In this document: positions 1 to 10,369 of the stretch, in pieces
Layout of the letters: each line of letters starts with the position of its first letter
Numbering within the stretch: position 1 is the first letter of the stretch
Assembly (NCBI GenBank): GCA_000999095.1
Contig: LCFP01000001.1
Coordinates: forward strand, 10,230-74,229
Reading direction: 5' to 3'
Length of the DNA: 64,000 nt
From: Candidatus Gottesmanbacteria bacterium GW2011_GWA2_43_14
Lineage (GTDB): Bacteria; Patescibacteriota; Microgenomatia; 2-02-FULL-39-11
Notes under the pieces: generated by a model
The model's input: the letters and a program-made list of their open reading frames with translations, nothing else
Told to the model about the DNA's origin: nothing
Databases searched by the model: none
Position numbers and translations under genes: made by a program

Positions 1-630
1 GCCTATGACTAAGCCGGCTGTGTGGGCAATATCAGCAGCAAAATAAGCGCCGCAACTGTCTGCTATTTCAGCAAATTTATCAAATTCATATTGGTAAACG
101 TAGGCTGTTGCACCTGTCCAGATTAACTTGGGTTTGAATTTTTTAACCAACTCCTTGACTTCGTTGAAATCAACCCGGCCTTCACGAGTCACATGATACA
201 TGACTGTGTTGAAAAAAATGCCGGTAGCCGATACTTTCCAGCCATGAGTCAGATGGCCGCCATGTGTCAGGTCCAAACCCATAACCGTGTCGCCGGGTTG
301 GCAAGTAGCCAGGTATACAGCCAGATTTGCAGGGGATCCGGAATACGGCTGGACATTTGCATGAACTGTTTTAAAAAGTTTTTCTGCTCTTTCCTTAGTC
401 AAAAGTTCAATTTTATCTATAAACTCATTTCCTCCATAATATCTCTTGCCCGGGTACCCTTCGGAGTATTTATTTGTCAAAATTGATCCCATCGCCTCCA
501 ACACCGCATCAGAAACATAATTTTCCGAAGGAATCATTTCCAAACCGTATTTTTGCCGATGGGATTCCTCCTGAATATATGCAGATAGTACTTTATCTGT
601 TTCCCTTATTTTTTTGTATTGATTCACCTT
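1..630 (-). CDS. glyA: Serine hydroxymethyltransferase, partial; N-terminal ~210 aa are present and the 3' end runs off the window start
   Basis: Minus-strand translation from GTG at 628-630 reads VNQYKKIRETDKVLSAYIQEESHRQKYGLEMIPSENYVS...EGYPGKRYYGGNEFIDKIE...VQPYSGSPANLAVY...HGGHLTHG, the typical SHMT N-terminus. An AAAGGAGG Shine-Dalgarno sits 5 nt upstream. It is not in the ORF track because there is no stop inside the window. Confidence 0.8.
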
Positions 631-648
631 GCCTCCTTTGATTAAATA

Positions 649-2067
649 TTAACAACTGGTATTTTCCAGAATATTTTTCCTGAAATTGTGTTTGACCGGC
701 ATCGGATACATACCTGAAAAACAGGCCGTACATAACTCATCTTTTCGCTGGGCTGAAGCTTTTGTCAAACCGCCCAGGCTTAAATACTTCAAACTGTCAG
801 CGCCGATGAATTTATTGATCTGACTGACTGTTTTGCTGGCAGCTATCAGGTCTTTTCGGTACGGCGTGTCCACTCCGAAATAACAGGGCCAGCGGACGGG
901 AGGAGAACAAATCCTGAGATGAACTTCTTTTGCCCCGTTCTTTTTCAGAGTTTCGACAATTTTTTTCATGGTCGTACCGCGGACGATCGAATCGTCAACC
1001 AGAATCAGCTTTTTGCCTTCAATTATACTTTTCATGGGATTGAATTTTATTTTAACACCCAACTCCCTTATATGCTGCTCCGGCTGAATAAAAGTCCGTC
1101 CTATATAGCGGTTTTTAATTAAAACTTCACCGAAAGTAATACCCAGCTCTGAAGCAAAACCAATGGCGGCCGATGTACCCGAATCGGGGATGGCAGCTAC
1201 CAGATCCGCCTTAAGGGGAGCTTCCCTGGCCAAAAGTTGTCCGCTACGGAACCTGACGGCGTGAACCAGTTCACCGTTCATGACACTGTCGGGCCTTGCT
1301 AAATAAACAAATTCAAACAGGCAGAACTTTTTACCAGAACCCTGAGGACTGATATTGCCTAAAGTTGTTATACCGTTACGGTTTATCTCGATTACTTCTC
1401 CCGGTTCTACTTCACGCACAACAGTCGCTCCGATTGTCTCCAATGCGCAGCTTTCGGAAGCGACTACATGATATCCGTTGAGCTTTCCCAAAACCATAGG
1501 CCGGAATCCCCATGGATCCCGGAAAGCATAAAGTCTTTTTTTTGAACAGGCGACTATAGAGTAAGCTCCTTTAAATAGAGGTGCAGCATTTATTATTTTT
1601 TCGTTCCATTTATCCCCGGGGGCATTATAAATAGTATAGGCAAGAACTTCAGTATCACTGGTGGAAACTCTTTTGACATTGTCTAATTTTTCAGCCAACT
1701 CACCGGAATTGACGATGTTGCCGTTATGGGAGACAGCGAAAATTTTATGCTTTAAAGATAGAATTACGGGTTGGGTATTGGCTTGTGTATTGCCGCCTGT
1801 TGTTGAATAACGGTTATGTCCGATGGCGATAAAACCTTTCAGCTTGCTTAAATTGTTTTCATTAAAAACTGAGGTAACCAAACCCAAATTCCTGATGCTT
1901 CTGAGTTTCATCCCGTCGGAAACGGCAATACCCGCCCCTTCCTGTCCCCGGTGCTGCAATGAATGGAGGGCAAAATAGGCGATTTTGGCCACATCTTCAC
2001 CCGGGGCATAAATGCCGAAAACACCGCACTTATCCCTGACTGCATCCTTTGGATCAGGTAATATCAT
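649..2067 (-). CDS. purF: Amidophosphoribosyltransferase with a short propeptide before the catalytic Cys and a C-terminal Cys cluster (Fe-S type)
   Basis: N-terminus MILPDPKDAVRDKCGVFGIY..HRGQEGAGIA is the Ntn glutaminase motif. PRTase domain is present, and C-terminal CTACFSGMYP has the cluster cysteines. Confidence 0.9.
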   Translation of the reverse strand: MILPDPKDAVRDKCGVFGIYAPGEDVAKIAYFALHSLQHRGQEGAGIAVSDGMKLRSIRNLGLVTSVFNENNLSKLKGFIAIGHNRYSTTGGNTQANTQPVILSLKHKIFAVSHNGNIVNSGELAEKLDNVKRVSTSDTEVLAYTIYNAPGDKWNEKIINAAPLFKGAYSIVACSKKRLYAFRDPWGFRPMVLGKLNGYHVVASESCALETIGATVVREVEPGEVIEINRNGITTLGNISPQGSGKKFCLFEFVYLARPDSVMNGELVHAVRFRSGQLLAREAPLKADLVAAIPDSGTSAAIGFASELGITFGEVLIKNRYIGRTFIQPEQHIRELGVKIKFNPMKSIIEGKKLILVDDSIVRGTTMKKIVETLKKNGAKEVHLRICSPPVRWPCYFGVDTPYRKDLIAASKTVSQINKFIGADSLKYLSLGGLTKASAQRKDELCTACFSGMYPMPVKHNFRKNILENTSC

Positions 2068-2069
2068 AG

Positions 2070-2528
2070 TTATTTGTTGGAATTGACGATTTCCTGCCTC
2101 ATCTGTTTTTGGAAAGCAGTGATTTTTCGGCGCAGGACTTTCGATTCCAATGCCAGAATTTTTACCGCTGCGATTGCTGCCTGGTCCGGCTCAAGTACGG
2201 TTAAAGCCGCCACCCCGGATGGCATTCTGAGGCTGGAGAGAATATCCAAACCGGCGTAATTTTCGCTTTTAGGAGGACAGTTTATAACAGGAAATGCTGT
2301 TTGTGCATCGACAAAACCGCCCAGGGCATTGCTCCTTCCCGCAACCGTGATATAAACCAGAGGCTTCTGCCTGTTTTCATACCCGGTAAGAATTTTCAAC
2401 AGATATTCAGGGGTTTTATGAGCTGAGGCAATCTCCACTTTTGAAGGCACTCCAAGTATGTCCAGATGTTTTACGATAGCCCCGAAGGTAGGGGCATCTT
2501 TACCGGATCCGGCAATAATTATAATCAT
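2070..2528 (-). CDS. purE: N5-CAIR mutase / AIR carboxylase catalytic subunit
   Basis: MIIIIAGSGKD...SAHKTPEYL...TVAGRSNALGG is the PurE signature. No purK is visible in the window. Confidence 0.85.
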   Translation of the reverse strand: MIIIIAGSGKDAPTFGAIVKHLDILGVPSKVEIASAHKTPEYLLKILTGYENRQKPLVYITVAGRSNALGGFVDAQTAFPVINCPPKSENYAGLDILSSLRMPSGVAALTVLEPDQAAIAAVKILALESKVLRRKITAFQKQMRQEIVNSNK

Positions 2529-3502
2529 GAAATTCTCCTGTCCAGATATTCAGTCATATTCTTTTCGATGGCTGCTGTAGCCGGATAATATCTGGGAATG
2601 AATTCGCGGCCGGTGATCATCTCATAAATGGCAATATATCTTAAAGCAGTTTTCACAATCAGATCCTCCGTCATTTTCGGCGGTTCACCCTCTCCGGTGT
2701 AACCCCTGTCTGCATACCAAATCCGCAGAAATTCCTTATCAAAGTTATCCGGTTCAAACCCCTGCCGCAATTTTTCCCGGTAACTGTCTTTTTTCCAGAA
2801 ACGGCTGGAATCCGGCGTGTGGATTTCATCAATGAGCATCAGTTTCCCCTGGTAATCGGCAAACTCGTACTTGGTATCAACCAGGATTATGCCCGCCTGA
2901 CGGCAGATGCGGCTTCCCCTGTCAAACAAGGACAGGGCAACGTTTTTCATTTTTCCCCAAACCTCGGGAGGCACAATTTTCAGTTTGAGAATTTCTTTTT
3001 CGGTCAGCTTCCTGTCATGTGCACCGTCTTCAGCTTTGGTAGTCGGAGTTATCACCGGTTTTTCCAGCTGCTCATTTTTGTGAAGGCCATCGGGAAATTT
3101 CAGTCCGTATATCAGACGCTCGCCGTTTTCATAAGCTTTCCAGATCGAAGTCGAAGTCACACCCGATAAATAGCCTCTGACCACCATTTCGACCGGATAT
3201 GCCCTGGCTTCGACCGCCACCGTGACATTAGCATCCGGGACCGCCAATAAATGGTTGTCAACGATATCCCTGGTTTTATCAAACCAGAAAGCTGCCAGCT
3301 GGTTAAGCACCTGCCCTTTATAGGGAATGTAACCCAAAATTCTGTCAAAAGCGGAAATTCTGTCGGTAGTTATTAGAAGCCTCTGCTTTTTGAGCCTGTA
3401 TATATCCCTGACTTTGCCCTGCTGTTTATCTTTAAGATTGGGAAGATCGACCTTTTTTATGACATATTTCAAGGCCTGCCGGATGGTTTCTTCCGTTAGC
3501 AC
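2525..3502 (-). CDS. purC: SAICAR synthetase
   Basis: GKVRDIY...LLITTDRISAFD...LVDTKYEF motifs. There is a 4-nt overlap with purE. Confidence 0.85.
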   Translation of the reverse strand: MLTEETIRQALKYVIKKVDLPNLKDKQQGKVRDIYRLKKQRLLITTDRISAFDRILGYIPYKGQVLNQLAAFWFDKTRDIVDNHLLAVPDANVTVAVEARAYPVEMVVRGYLSGVTSTSIWKAYENGERLIYGLKFPDGLHKNEQLEKPVITPTTKAEDGAHDRKLTEKEILKLKIVPPEVWGKMKNVALSLFDRGSRICRQAGIILVDTKYEFADYQGKLMLIDEIHTPDSSRFWKKDSYREKLRQGFEPDNFDKEFLRIWYADRGYTGEGEPPKMTEDLIVKTALRYIAIYEMITGREFIPRYYPATAAIEKNMTEYLDRRIS

Positions 3503-3543
3503 GATATACCTTTTTTATACTCTTCCATAATAAAAATCAATAA

Positions 3544-4344
3544 TTAATTCCTGAAATAACGCACCGCATTGACAAATATCTGATGACCCGGCCCGTTTCT
3601 GGGCAGCTCTTTACCCTCTCTTTTATATTGATCCGCCAGGTATGTCCAGTGGGGAAGCTGGTGGAAAAATTGAGCCCGCTCCGGATGCGGCATAAGACCT
3701 AAAATTCTGCCTGACTCGTCGCTTATTCCGGCTATATCATCCGAAGAACCGTTGGGATTTGCCGGCAAATCAGCATACGAGCATATTTCACCGCGTATAA
3801 AACGCAGGGCAACCATTTTTTTGGATTGCAGTTTTTTCATGATATCCGGTCCGGCATGGAATTTGCCTTCACCGTGTGCAACAGGCATTGATATTTGTTT
3901 TATGCCTGCTGTCCAGGGCGTCCTGTTTTCAACCGACAAATCGACCCAGCGCGTTATAAGACGGGCCTGGTTGTTATGAATTAAAGCCGCCTGCCGGATT
4001 CCATAATTTTTGTCCACAGCAGGCAATAGTCCCAAATTAACCAAAATTTGGAAACCGTTGCATATACCAATAACCAGCTTGTCGTTTCTTATAAAAGAGA
4101 TTATCTCCGGCCATAGGTGGTTCCTCAATTTATTGGCATAAGCATTGCCCGATCCCGTGTCATCCCCGTACGAAAATCCTCCCGGAAAGGCCAAAATTTG
4201 AAAATCGGAAAGTCGCTTTTTATTTTCGATCAGGTCATTAATATGCACAATTGTGGCAACCGCCCCGGCGGTATCAAAAGCATACTTTGTTTCCGCTTCG
4301 CTGTTTAAACCGTATCCGGAAAAAACTAAAACTTTCGGTTTCAT
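3544..4344 (-). CDS. purQ: FGAM synthase glutaminase subunit. The likely start is the internal MKPKVLVFSG; the ORF track extends it 11 codons upstream to 4377.
   Basis: MKPKVLVFSGYGLN...GICNGFQIL...HPE is a class I glutamine amidotransferase (GATase) triad context. The proposed start lies 1 nt after the stop of the purL C-terminal fragment. Confidence 0.8.
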   Translation of the reverse strand: MKPKVLVFSGYGLNSEAETKYAFDTAGAVATIVHINDLIENKKRLSDFQILAFPGGFSYGDDTGSGNAYANKLRNHLWPEIISFIRNDKLVIGICNGFQILVNLGLLPAVDKNYGIRQAALIHNNQARLITRWVDLSVENRTPWTAGIKQISMPVAHGEGKFHAGPDIMKKLQSKKMVALRFIRGEICSYADLPANPNGSSDDIAGISDESGRILGLMPHPERAQFFHQLPHWTYLADQYKREGKELPRNGPGHQIFVNAVRYFRN

Positions 4345-4345
4345 A

Positions 4346-5194
4346 TCAATATCCCGCAAATTTATTACGATATACACTTAAAGTCTGTTTAACCGTCGTA
4401 TTGACTGAACTTGGGCCGAAATTGAGGTTGATCCCGTCATTTTGACTTACGACGCCTATTTCCGAAAAAGCAACGCCTTTAAACAGATCTTCAAACTTCT
4501 TTTTATTTTCAGGGGTGATACTGACAATGATTCTGCCCATGCTTTCAGAAAAAAAAGCAGTCATCGCTTTGGATACCTTGCCTTTTATGCCCGACAACTG
4601 TACCTTTATTCCCAATTTCCCGGCCATGGAGCCTTTGACCAGGGCTACCGCCAGACCCCCTTTATTAACCGATACGGCTGATGAAATCAGGTTATTTAAT
4701 ATGGCCGTATGCAAAGTTTGGTAAATTCTTAGGTTTTTAGCTGCATCAACGTAAGGCAGCAGTTCATTAAATGTATCACCCAGAAGGTAAAGCAGGTCAC
4801 CGGCCTGTTTGAAATCCGGGGTAACGGCTGAATAAACGTTTTCGATTATTCCTATGCTTGTGATTAAAAGGGTCGGTTGAATGGAAATTTTCACTGGCCG
4901 GCCGTTTTTGTCATAACCCTGAAAGTCATTGTACATGCTGTCCTTGCCTGAAATAAATGGGGTTTGGTAACTTACGGCATAGTCATGGCAGGCTTGGGCG
5001 GCATTTTTCAGCTGATATAACCGGTTTTCATCATCTGGTGAACACCAGCAGAAATTATCGAGCAAAGCAATCCGTTTGGGATCCGCGCCGGCGGCTACCG
5101 CATTCCTTATGGCTGTATCTATACAAAAAGCAGCCATCCGGTAGCTGTCCGCTTCACTTAAGTCCGGATAAAGTCCGTAGGAAGTAACAATCAT
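4346..5194 (-). CDS. purL: FGAM synthase II (PurL), C-terminal fragment (second PurM-like half). It overlaps the upstream purL ORF out of frame.
   Basis: AAFCIDTAIRNAVAAGADPKRIALLDNFCW...GKDSMYN matches the PurL C-domain. The frame differs from ORF 5154..7157 across the 41-nt overlap. Confidence 0.7.
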   Translation of the reverse strand: MIVTSYGLYPDLSEADSYRMAAFCIDTAIRNAVAAGADPKRIALLDNFCWCSPDDENRLYQLKNAAQACHDYAVSYQTPFISGKDSMYNDFQGYDKNGRPVKISIQPTLLITSIGIIENVYSAVTPDFKQAGDLLYLLGDTFNELLPYVDAAKNLRIYQTLHTAILNNLISSAVSVNKGGLAVALVKGSMAGKLGIKVQLSGIKGKVSKAMTAFFSESMGRIIVSITPENKKKFEDLFKGVAFSEIGVVSQNDGINLNFGPSSVNTTVKQTLSVYRNKFAGY

Positions 5195-7157
5195 ATTGGC
5201 TGGAAATAAATTCGAAACCGCAAAGTGGAGGATTTCCCAAAAGTTTAAATAAAAATTGAAGCGGCTTTTTACCTCCGAAAGAATCCTTAATCGCGGAAAC
5301 AGTTTTTTTACGCGTTTTTAATTTTTTTTTAGGGTATCCTTCATGAAGAAATTTCAGTTCCATATCCATGATGGTTTTCCCGAAATAATTAACAACGCAT
5401 CTACCCGATGAAGTAAATTTACCGATGGCAGTTGCTTCAATCCCCCGCTTCTCTATCAGTTTTTTAAAAGCTGACCATTTATTGGGAGGGACTGCCAAAG
5501 TCATGCGTTCCTGTGATTCCGAAATCCAAATTTCCCATGGCTTGAGTCCGTCGTATTTAAGGGGAACTTGATCAAGTTCTACCTGGCATCCCCCTGATTC
5601 CCTGGCCATTTCAGCAACTGAACAGGACAGACCGCCTGCCCCGTTATCGGTTATTGAATGATAAAGCTGCCTGTCACGGGCTTCTTTGACCAGGGCATCG
5701 CTGAATTTTTTTTGAATAATGGGGTTGCCGATCTGTACAGCCGTAACCGGACTGGCTGAATTCATAATCTCTGAAGAAAATGTAGCTCCGTGGATACCGT
5801 CTTTACCGACCCGGCCGCCGATCATAACAATATAGTCTCCTTTTTTGGCATTTTTTTGGGTTAAAATCCTGCCATTTGATTTTTTGGGAATAAGTCCGAT
5901 CGTTCCCACAAAGACCAGCGGTTTTCCCCGGAATTTTTCATCACAGTATAAAAATCCCAATGATGTTGGTATACCCGACTGATTACCTCCAGTATTGACT
6001 CCACTGACAATACCCTCAAGAATCCTTCTTGATGACAGCATTTTTTGAGTGAAATCAGTTCCTTTATAAAGAGGCTCATCGCGGTCCGGATCAGCGACGC
6101 AAAAACCGTAAAAATTGGCAATGGGCATTGCGCCCAGGCCGAAACCGATGGTATCGCGGTTAACGCCGACGATGCCGGTGACTGCTCCGCCGAATGGGTC
6201 CAAAGCCGAAGGGCTGTTATGAGTTTCTACCTTATGGGTTACCAGATAATCTCCGTCAAAATGGATGGCACCGGAATTATCAGTAAAGACTGAAGCTGCA
6301 AAATTCTTCTTTTTTTTTAGTATTTGGCTGGTTGCCCCTTTGATATAGGTTTTATACAAGCCGTCCTTGACTTCATCAATGGAACTGCTGAAGATAATAT
6401 GTTTGCAGTGTTCAGACCAGGTCTGAGCCAGTGACTCCAATTCAATATCAGTGGGAGCGCGCTTCTCCTGGTGGAAATATTTACGGATTTCCTTCAATGA
6501 AGGCAAATCCAAAGCCAAGGGGCCTCTTGGAAGGCTTTCCCTGTCTTTAATGCCTGTTTTACCGATGTCAGCTAAAACATTATCGTTAACATCCAAATCA
6601 ATGTCCAAAACGATGGAACTGGAGTTTAGTTTGACTTTAGGTACAAAAAAATCCATCCCCTCATCATTTATATATTCCGCTCTTCTTTTCAGAGAAGCAA
6701 TTTCTATCAGGGGATTATAAAAATTATGGCTTATTTCATTAATTTCGGCGGCAGTTAATACTCCCTCAATAAAAGTGATTTGCGACGAATAGACACCTTC
6801 TCCTTTTTTGAATTTCATTTTACGGAAATCTTCAATGGATTCACGGCTGGTTATGGCTATATTATCAGTTACTCCCGGCAGAAAATTTATTTCGAAAGCC
6901 CAATTAAAAAAAGGCAGCTGACGGTATATTTGTTTGCTGTTTTCCCAGGTTATATGGAAGGACTCAGTTATGGGGTTGGCGAACATCCCGGCAATTTCTT
7001 GCGGTTTTTTAAGGATTGCCGAGTCTATACTGTAGACATCGGCCAAAAAAACCTTTTTAATTTTTTTGGCAAAGCCAGACTCCTGAAGTTTTTTTTGGCG
7101 TTGAAAAGCCCGGCTGTCAGCAACTTTGGCGTAAACCTCAATCCGAGTTACCATCAA
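5154..7157 (-). CDS. purL: FGAM synthase II (PurL), N-terminal part, with a ~220-aa N-terminal extension that looks like tandem PurS-like domains (PurS-PurL fusion). It ends in a frameshift relative to the C-terminal fragment.
   Basis: The PurL motifs begin only near residue 220: ...SLAQTWSEHCKHIIF...THNSPSALDPFGGAVTGIVGVNRD...LLGNP..EFISSQYD. The preceding 220 aa (MVTRIEVYAKVADSRAFQRQ...) are PurS-like. No separate purS is present in the window. Confidence 0.7.
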   Translation of the reverse strand: MMVTRIEVYAKVADSRAFQRQKKLQESGFAKKIKKVFLADVYSIDSAILKKPQEIAGMFANPITESFHITWENSKQIYRQLPFFNWAFEINFLPGVTDNIAITSRESIEDFRKMKFKKGEGVYSSQITFIEGVLTAAEINEISHNFYNPLIEIASLKRRAEYINDEGMDFFVPKVKLNSSSIVLDIDLDVNDNVLADIGKTGIKDRESLPRGPLALDLPSLKEIRKYFHQEKRAPTDIELESLAQTWSEHCKHIIFSSSIDEVKDGLYKTYIKGATSQILKKKKNFAASVFTDNSGAIHFDGDYLVTHKVETHNSPSALDPFGGAVTGIVGVNRDTIGFGLGAMPIANFYGFCVADPDRDEPLYKGTDFTQKMLSSRRILEGIVSGVNTGGNQSGIPTSLGFLYCDEKFRGKPLVFVGTIGLIPKKSNGRILTQKNAKKGDYIVMIGGRVGKDGIHGATFSSEIMNSASPVTAVQIGNPIIQKKFSDALVKEARDRQLYHSITDNGAGGLSCSVAEMARESGGCQVELDQVPLKYDGLKPWEIWISESQERMTLAVPPNKWSAFKKLIEKRGIEATAIGKFTSSGRCVVNYFGKTIMDMELKFLHEGYPKKKLKTRKKTVSAIKDSFGGKKPLQFLFKLLGNPPLCGFEFISSQYDCYFLRTLSGLK

Positions 7158-7180
7158 AAGCTTTATTATTCAGTCTGTTT

Positions 7181-8830
7181 TTACCGAATACAGGCAGCCA
7201 TGAATTCCGTAAATAATGGGTGGGGGGACAGCGGCCTGCTCTTATATTCCGGATGCCCCTGGGTACCGAGATAAAACGGATGCATGCTTTTGGGTAATTC
7301 TATAATTTCAACCAGATTTTCAACAACGCTTCTGGCTGAAACGATCAATCCTGCTTTTTCAAAGTCCTTGACAAACCGGTCATTGAATTCATATCGGTGG
7401 CGGTGCCTCTCCGTAGTCAATCCTTTGGCCGGGTCAAGAAAATGTTGGTGTTTTTCGTAAGCCTGCCAGGCTATAGTGTCTTTTTTAACTATTGCCTGCC
7501 AGGCGCCCAACCTCATGCTGCCGCCGTAAGCCCTTCTGGCCATGATTTCTTTCTGGGCCGGCATCAGATGGATAACCGGATAATTAGTATCCGGAGAATT
7601 TTCCGTCGTATCAGCTTTTTCCCAACCCAGTACTTCCCTGGCAAAAGAAACAGCCGCCAACTGCATGCCGTAGCATAAACCGAGATAGGGAATTTTTTTT
7701 CTGCGGGCGTATCCGGCGGCTTTTATCATGCCTTCGGATCCGCGCTCTCCCCATCCGATGGGGACAATCAGGCCGTCGACTTCCGGGATGAACGATTCTC
7801 CCTGTTGTTCGACTTTTTCGGCATCAATCCAAAGGGTTTTGACCTGAGCCTCATTAGCCCAGGCGGCATGATCGATGGCATCCATCAAAGCAGCGTATGA
7901 ATCACGAAGCTGGTATTCGCCCGTCTTGAAATATTTACCGACAATGGCAATGGTGATCTTTTTCTTCTTTGGTGACTTTATTTTTTTAACCAGTTCCGCC
8001 CATTCATCCAGTTTCGGTTCCCGGTATTCCAAACCAAGCTTCTGACAGACCTTGGAAAGGAAATTCTGCTCATGAAACTGTAATGGCACTTCATAGACGG
8101 TTTGGGCATCGGGACTGGAAAGAATATCCTCGCTTCTAATATTGCAAAAAAGGGAAAAGCGGTCGCGGCGCCTTTTATCAAGCGGTTTTTCGCTTCTGGC
8201 AATAATGAAATCAGGCTGGATTCCCATGGAATTTAAACTGCGGACAGACTGCTGCGTCGGTTTGGTCTTTGGTTCACCCAGATGGGGTGGGGTAGGCAGA
8301 TAGCTGACATGGACGTGGATGACGTCGCCGGGATTTTTTAAAGTTAAAATTCTGGAGGCTTCGTAATAAAAAAGATTCTGGTATTCCCCGACTGTTCCGC
8401 CCAATTCGACAATGACCACCTCAGCCTTGTCCTTCCTGGTTGCAAAATTTATCCGGTCGATTATTTCATTGGTAATATGAGGGATGCCTTCGACATCTTC
8501 ACCGTTATACTCAAAACGTCTTTCCCGGTCGATGACTTCCTTGTAAATCTGGCCCATGGTGACGAAGTTGTGGCGGAACATGTTTTTATCCAGGAATTTC
8601 TCGTAGGTGCCGATATCCATGTCTGCTTCTGTGCCGTCCTCGCAGAGAAAGGGGTCGCCGTGCTCGATAGGATTGATGGTGCCGGCGTCCAGATTCAGGT
8701 AATTTTCACATTTTACATTGGTGACTTTATAGCCGGAAGCCTGAAGAAGAAAGGCTATCGAAGCGGATGAAATGCCTTTGCCAAGCCCTGAAAGCACTCC
8801 GCCTGAAATGAAGACATATTTGATCGGCAT
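7181..8830 (-). CDS. pyrG: CTP synthase
   Basis: MPIKYVFISGGVLSGLGKGI...GICYGMQ-like GATase C-domain (LGLCYGMQLA). Confidence 0.92.
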   Translation of the reverse strand: MPIKYVFISGGVLSGLGKGISSASIAFLLQASGYKVTNVKCENYLNLDAGTINPIEHGDPFLCEDGTEADMDIGTYEKFLDKNMFRHNFVTMGQIYKEVIDRERRFEYNGEDVEGIPHITNEIIDRINFATRKDKAEVVIVELGGTVGEYQNLFYYEASRILTLKNPGDVIHVHVSYLPTPPHLGEPKTKPTQQSVRSLNSMGIQPDFIIARSEKPLDKRRRDRFSLFCNIRSEDILSSPDAQTVYEVPLQFHEQNFLSKVCQKLGLEYREPKLDEWAELVKKIKSPKKKKITIAIVGKYFKTGEYQLRDSYAALMDAIDHAAWANEAQVKTLWIDAEKVEQQGESFIPEVDGLIVPIGWGERGSEGMIKAAGYARRKKIPYLGLCYGMQLAAVSFAREVLGWEKADTTENSPDTNYPVIHLMPAQKEIMARRAYGGSMRLGAWQAIVKKDTIAWQAYEKHQHFLDPAKGLTTERHRHRYEFNDRFVKDFEKAGLIVSARSVVENLVEIIELPKSMHPFYLGTQGHPEYKSRPLSPHPLFTEFMAACIR

Positions 8831-8885
8831 GTTTTAAGATACCAAAAATTAGCTTTAACTGTCAACAAGCGGAAGAATTGTAAAA

Positions 8886-9542
8886 TCAGGCAAGACCCTG
8901 TTTCATTGCCCAATTAGGTGGGTCCTTAAACCAAAGATCAATTTTTTCCTTTTCCTCCTGCGTAATTTTATGCATTTCCCTGGCAGTTTCGACAATAACT
9001 TTGCCTGTGGTTAATGTAACTAATTTTATCTTTGCCTCTTTTAAATTATCTATGGATTTTTCTGTTTCGTATGTAGTTGTGGCTATACAATATTCCACCA
9101 GTCCTCCCATATCCCTGATACTTTTAGCGTTATCGGAAACACTTTCGGCTGAAGAGATATGATCTTCAACAATCAGAACTTTACTTCCCTTTAATAAATA
9201 TCCTTCGACCTTGCCTCCCTTACCGTAAGTTTTTGTCGATGGCCGTACAAAAACCATCGGCAGCTTAAGCCTGTCAGCAACCCAGGCACCGTGAGGAATG
9301 GCAGCGCTGGCAGTAGCTGATATCCAATCTACGTTTTCCAAACCGATATCTGATTTGATTGTCTCGATATAATAATTAATTATTTGACGCCGGATTTCAG
9401 GATAAGAAATAATTAGACGGTTATCCAGATAAACCGGGCTTTTTAAGCCGGAGGTAAAAGTATAAGGCGGATTAAATCTGAAAGTCATGGCATTTATTTC
9501 CAGCAATAATTTGGCCGCCTCAACCGCGACTTTTCTATTCAT
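8886..9542 (-). CDS. pyrE: Orotate phosphoribosyltransferase
   Basis: FTSGLKSPVYLDNR...VLIVEDHISSAES is the PRTase motif. There is a 4-nt overlap with pyrF. Confidence 0.85.
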   Translation of the reverse strand: MNRKVAVEAAKLLLEINAMTFRFNPPYTFTSGLKSPVYLDNRLIISYPEIRRQIINYYIETIKSDIGLENVDWISATASAAIPHGAWVADRLKLPMVFVRPSTKTYGKGGKVEGYLLKGSKVLIVEDHISSAESVSDNAKSIRDMGGLVEYCIATTTYETEKSIDNLKEAKIKLVTLTTGKVIVETAREMHKITQEEKEKIDLWFKDPPNWAMKQGLA

Positions 9543-10369
9543 ATAAATTCCTTTCTGAATTGATTAATTGCATCTCGAAGTTTTAGGGTTTCCTGACAGG
9601 CTTTATCAGCAAAATTCGACCCGGCTGAGGCAAAAATGATGTTTCGGGAAGAATTGATAATGGCATTCAAGCCCTGATTATCAACTCCCGCCTTGACAGT
9701 TTTTTCAATTTCTCCTCCCTGGGCACCGATACCCGGAATTAATATGGGCATTTCTCCCGCAATATGTCGCACAATCTCCAATTCAGCAGGGTAGGTGGCA
9801 CCGACGACCAAACCGCAATTTTCTTTCTCATTCCAGTTATTAACCACATTTTCAGCCACAATCTGAAATAATTTTTTACCGTTTACCGCCAAATCCTGAA
9901 ATTCCCCTGCTCCGGGATTGGATGTCCGGCACAAAATGAAAATTCCTTTGTCTGCTCTTTCCAAAAATGGAGAAAGGGCATCTTTACCCAAATATGGGTG
10001 AAGAGTGACGGCATCAGCTCCCAAATAATCAAAAATAAATTTAACATAACCGCTGTTGGTATTGCCGATGTCGGCTCTTTTAGCATCGATAATAACTGGA
10101 ATTTCCGGATATTTTTCCTTCAGATAATCACAGGTCATTTTCAATGCCTCAATGCCCGCAGACCCAAGCGCTTCATAAAAAGCCGTATTCGGCTTATAGG
10201 CGCAAACCAGATTATGGGTGGCCTCAATAATTGCCTTGTTGAAAGTTGACTTGGGATGCTCCCCTTTTTGAATAAATCCCGGCAGTTTACCGGTTTCGCT
10301 GTCCAATCCAATACATACCAGACTGTTATTTTTCAGGCTGACTGCTTTAAGTTTGTCCTTGAATTTCAT
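9539..10369 (-). CDS. pyrF: Orotidine-5'-phosphate decarboxylase, long (type 2) form
   Basis: VCIGLDSE...IIDAKRADIGNT motifs; 276 aa. Confidence 0.85.
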   Translation of the reverse strand: MKFKDKLKAVSLKNNSLVCIGLDSETGKLPGFIQKGEHPKSTFNKAIIEATHNLVCAYKPNTAFYEALGSAGIEALKMTCDYLKEKYPEIPVIIDAKRADIGNTNSGYVKFIFDYLGADAVTLHPYLGKDALSPFLERADKGIFILCRTSNPGAGEFQDLAVNGKKLFQIVAENVVNNWNEKENCGLVVGATYPAELEIVRHIAGEMPILIPGIGAQGGEIEKTVKAGVDNQGLNAIINSSRNIIFASAGSNFADKACQETLKLRDAINQFRKEFI

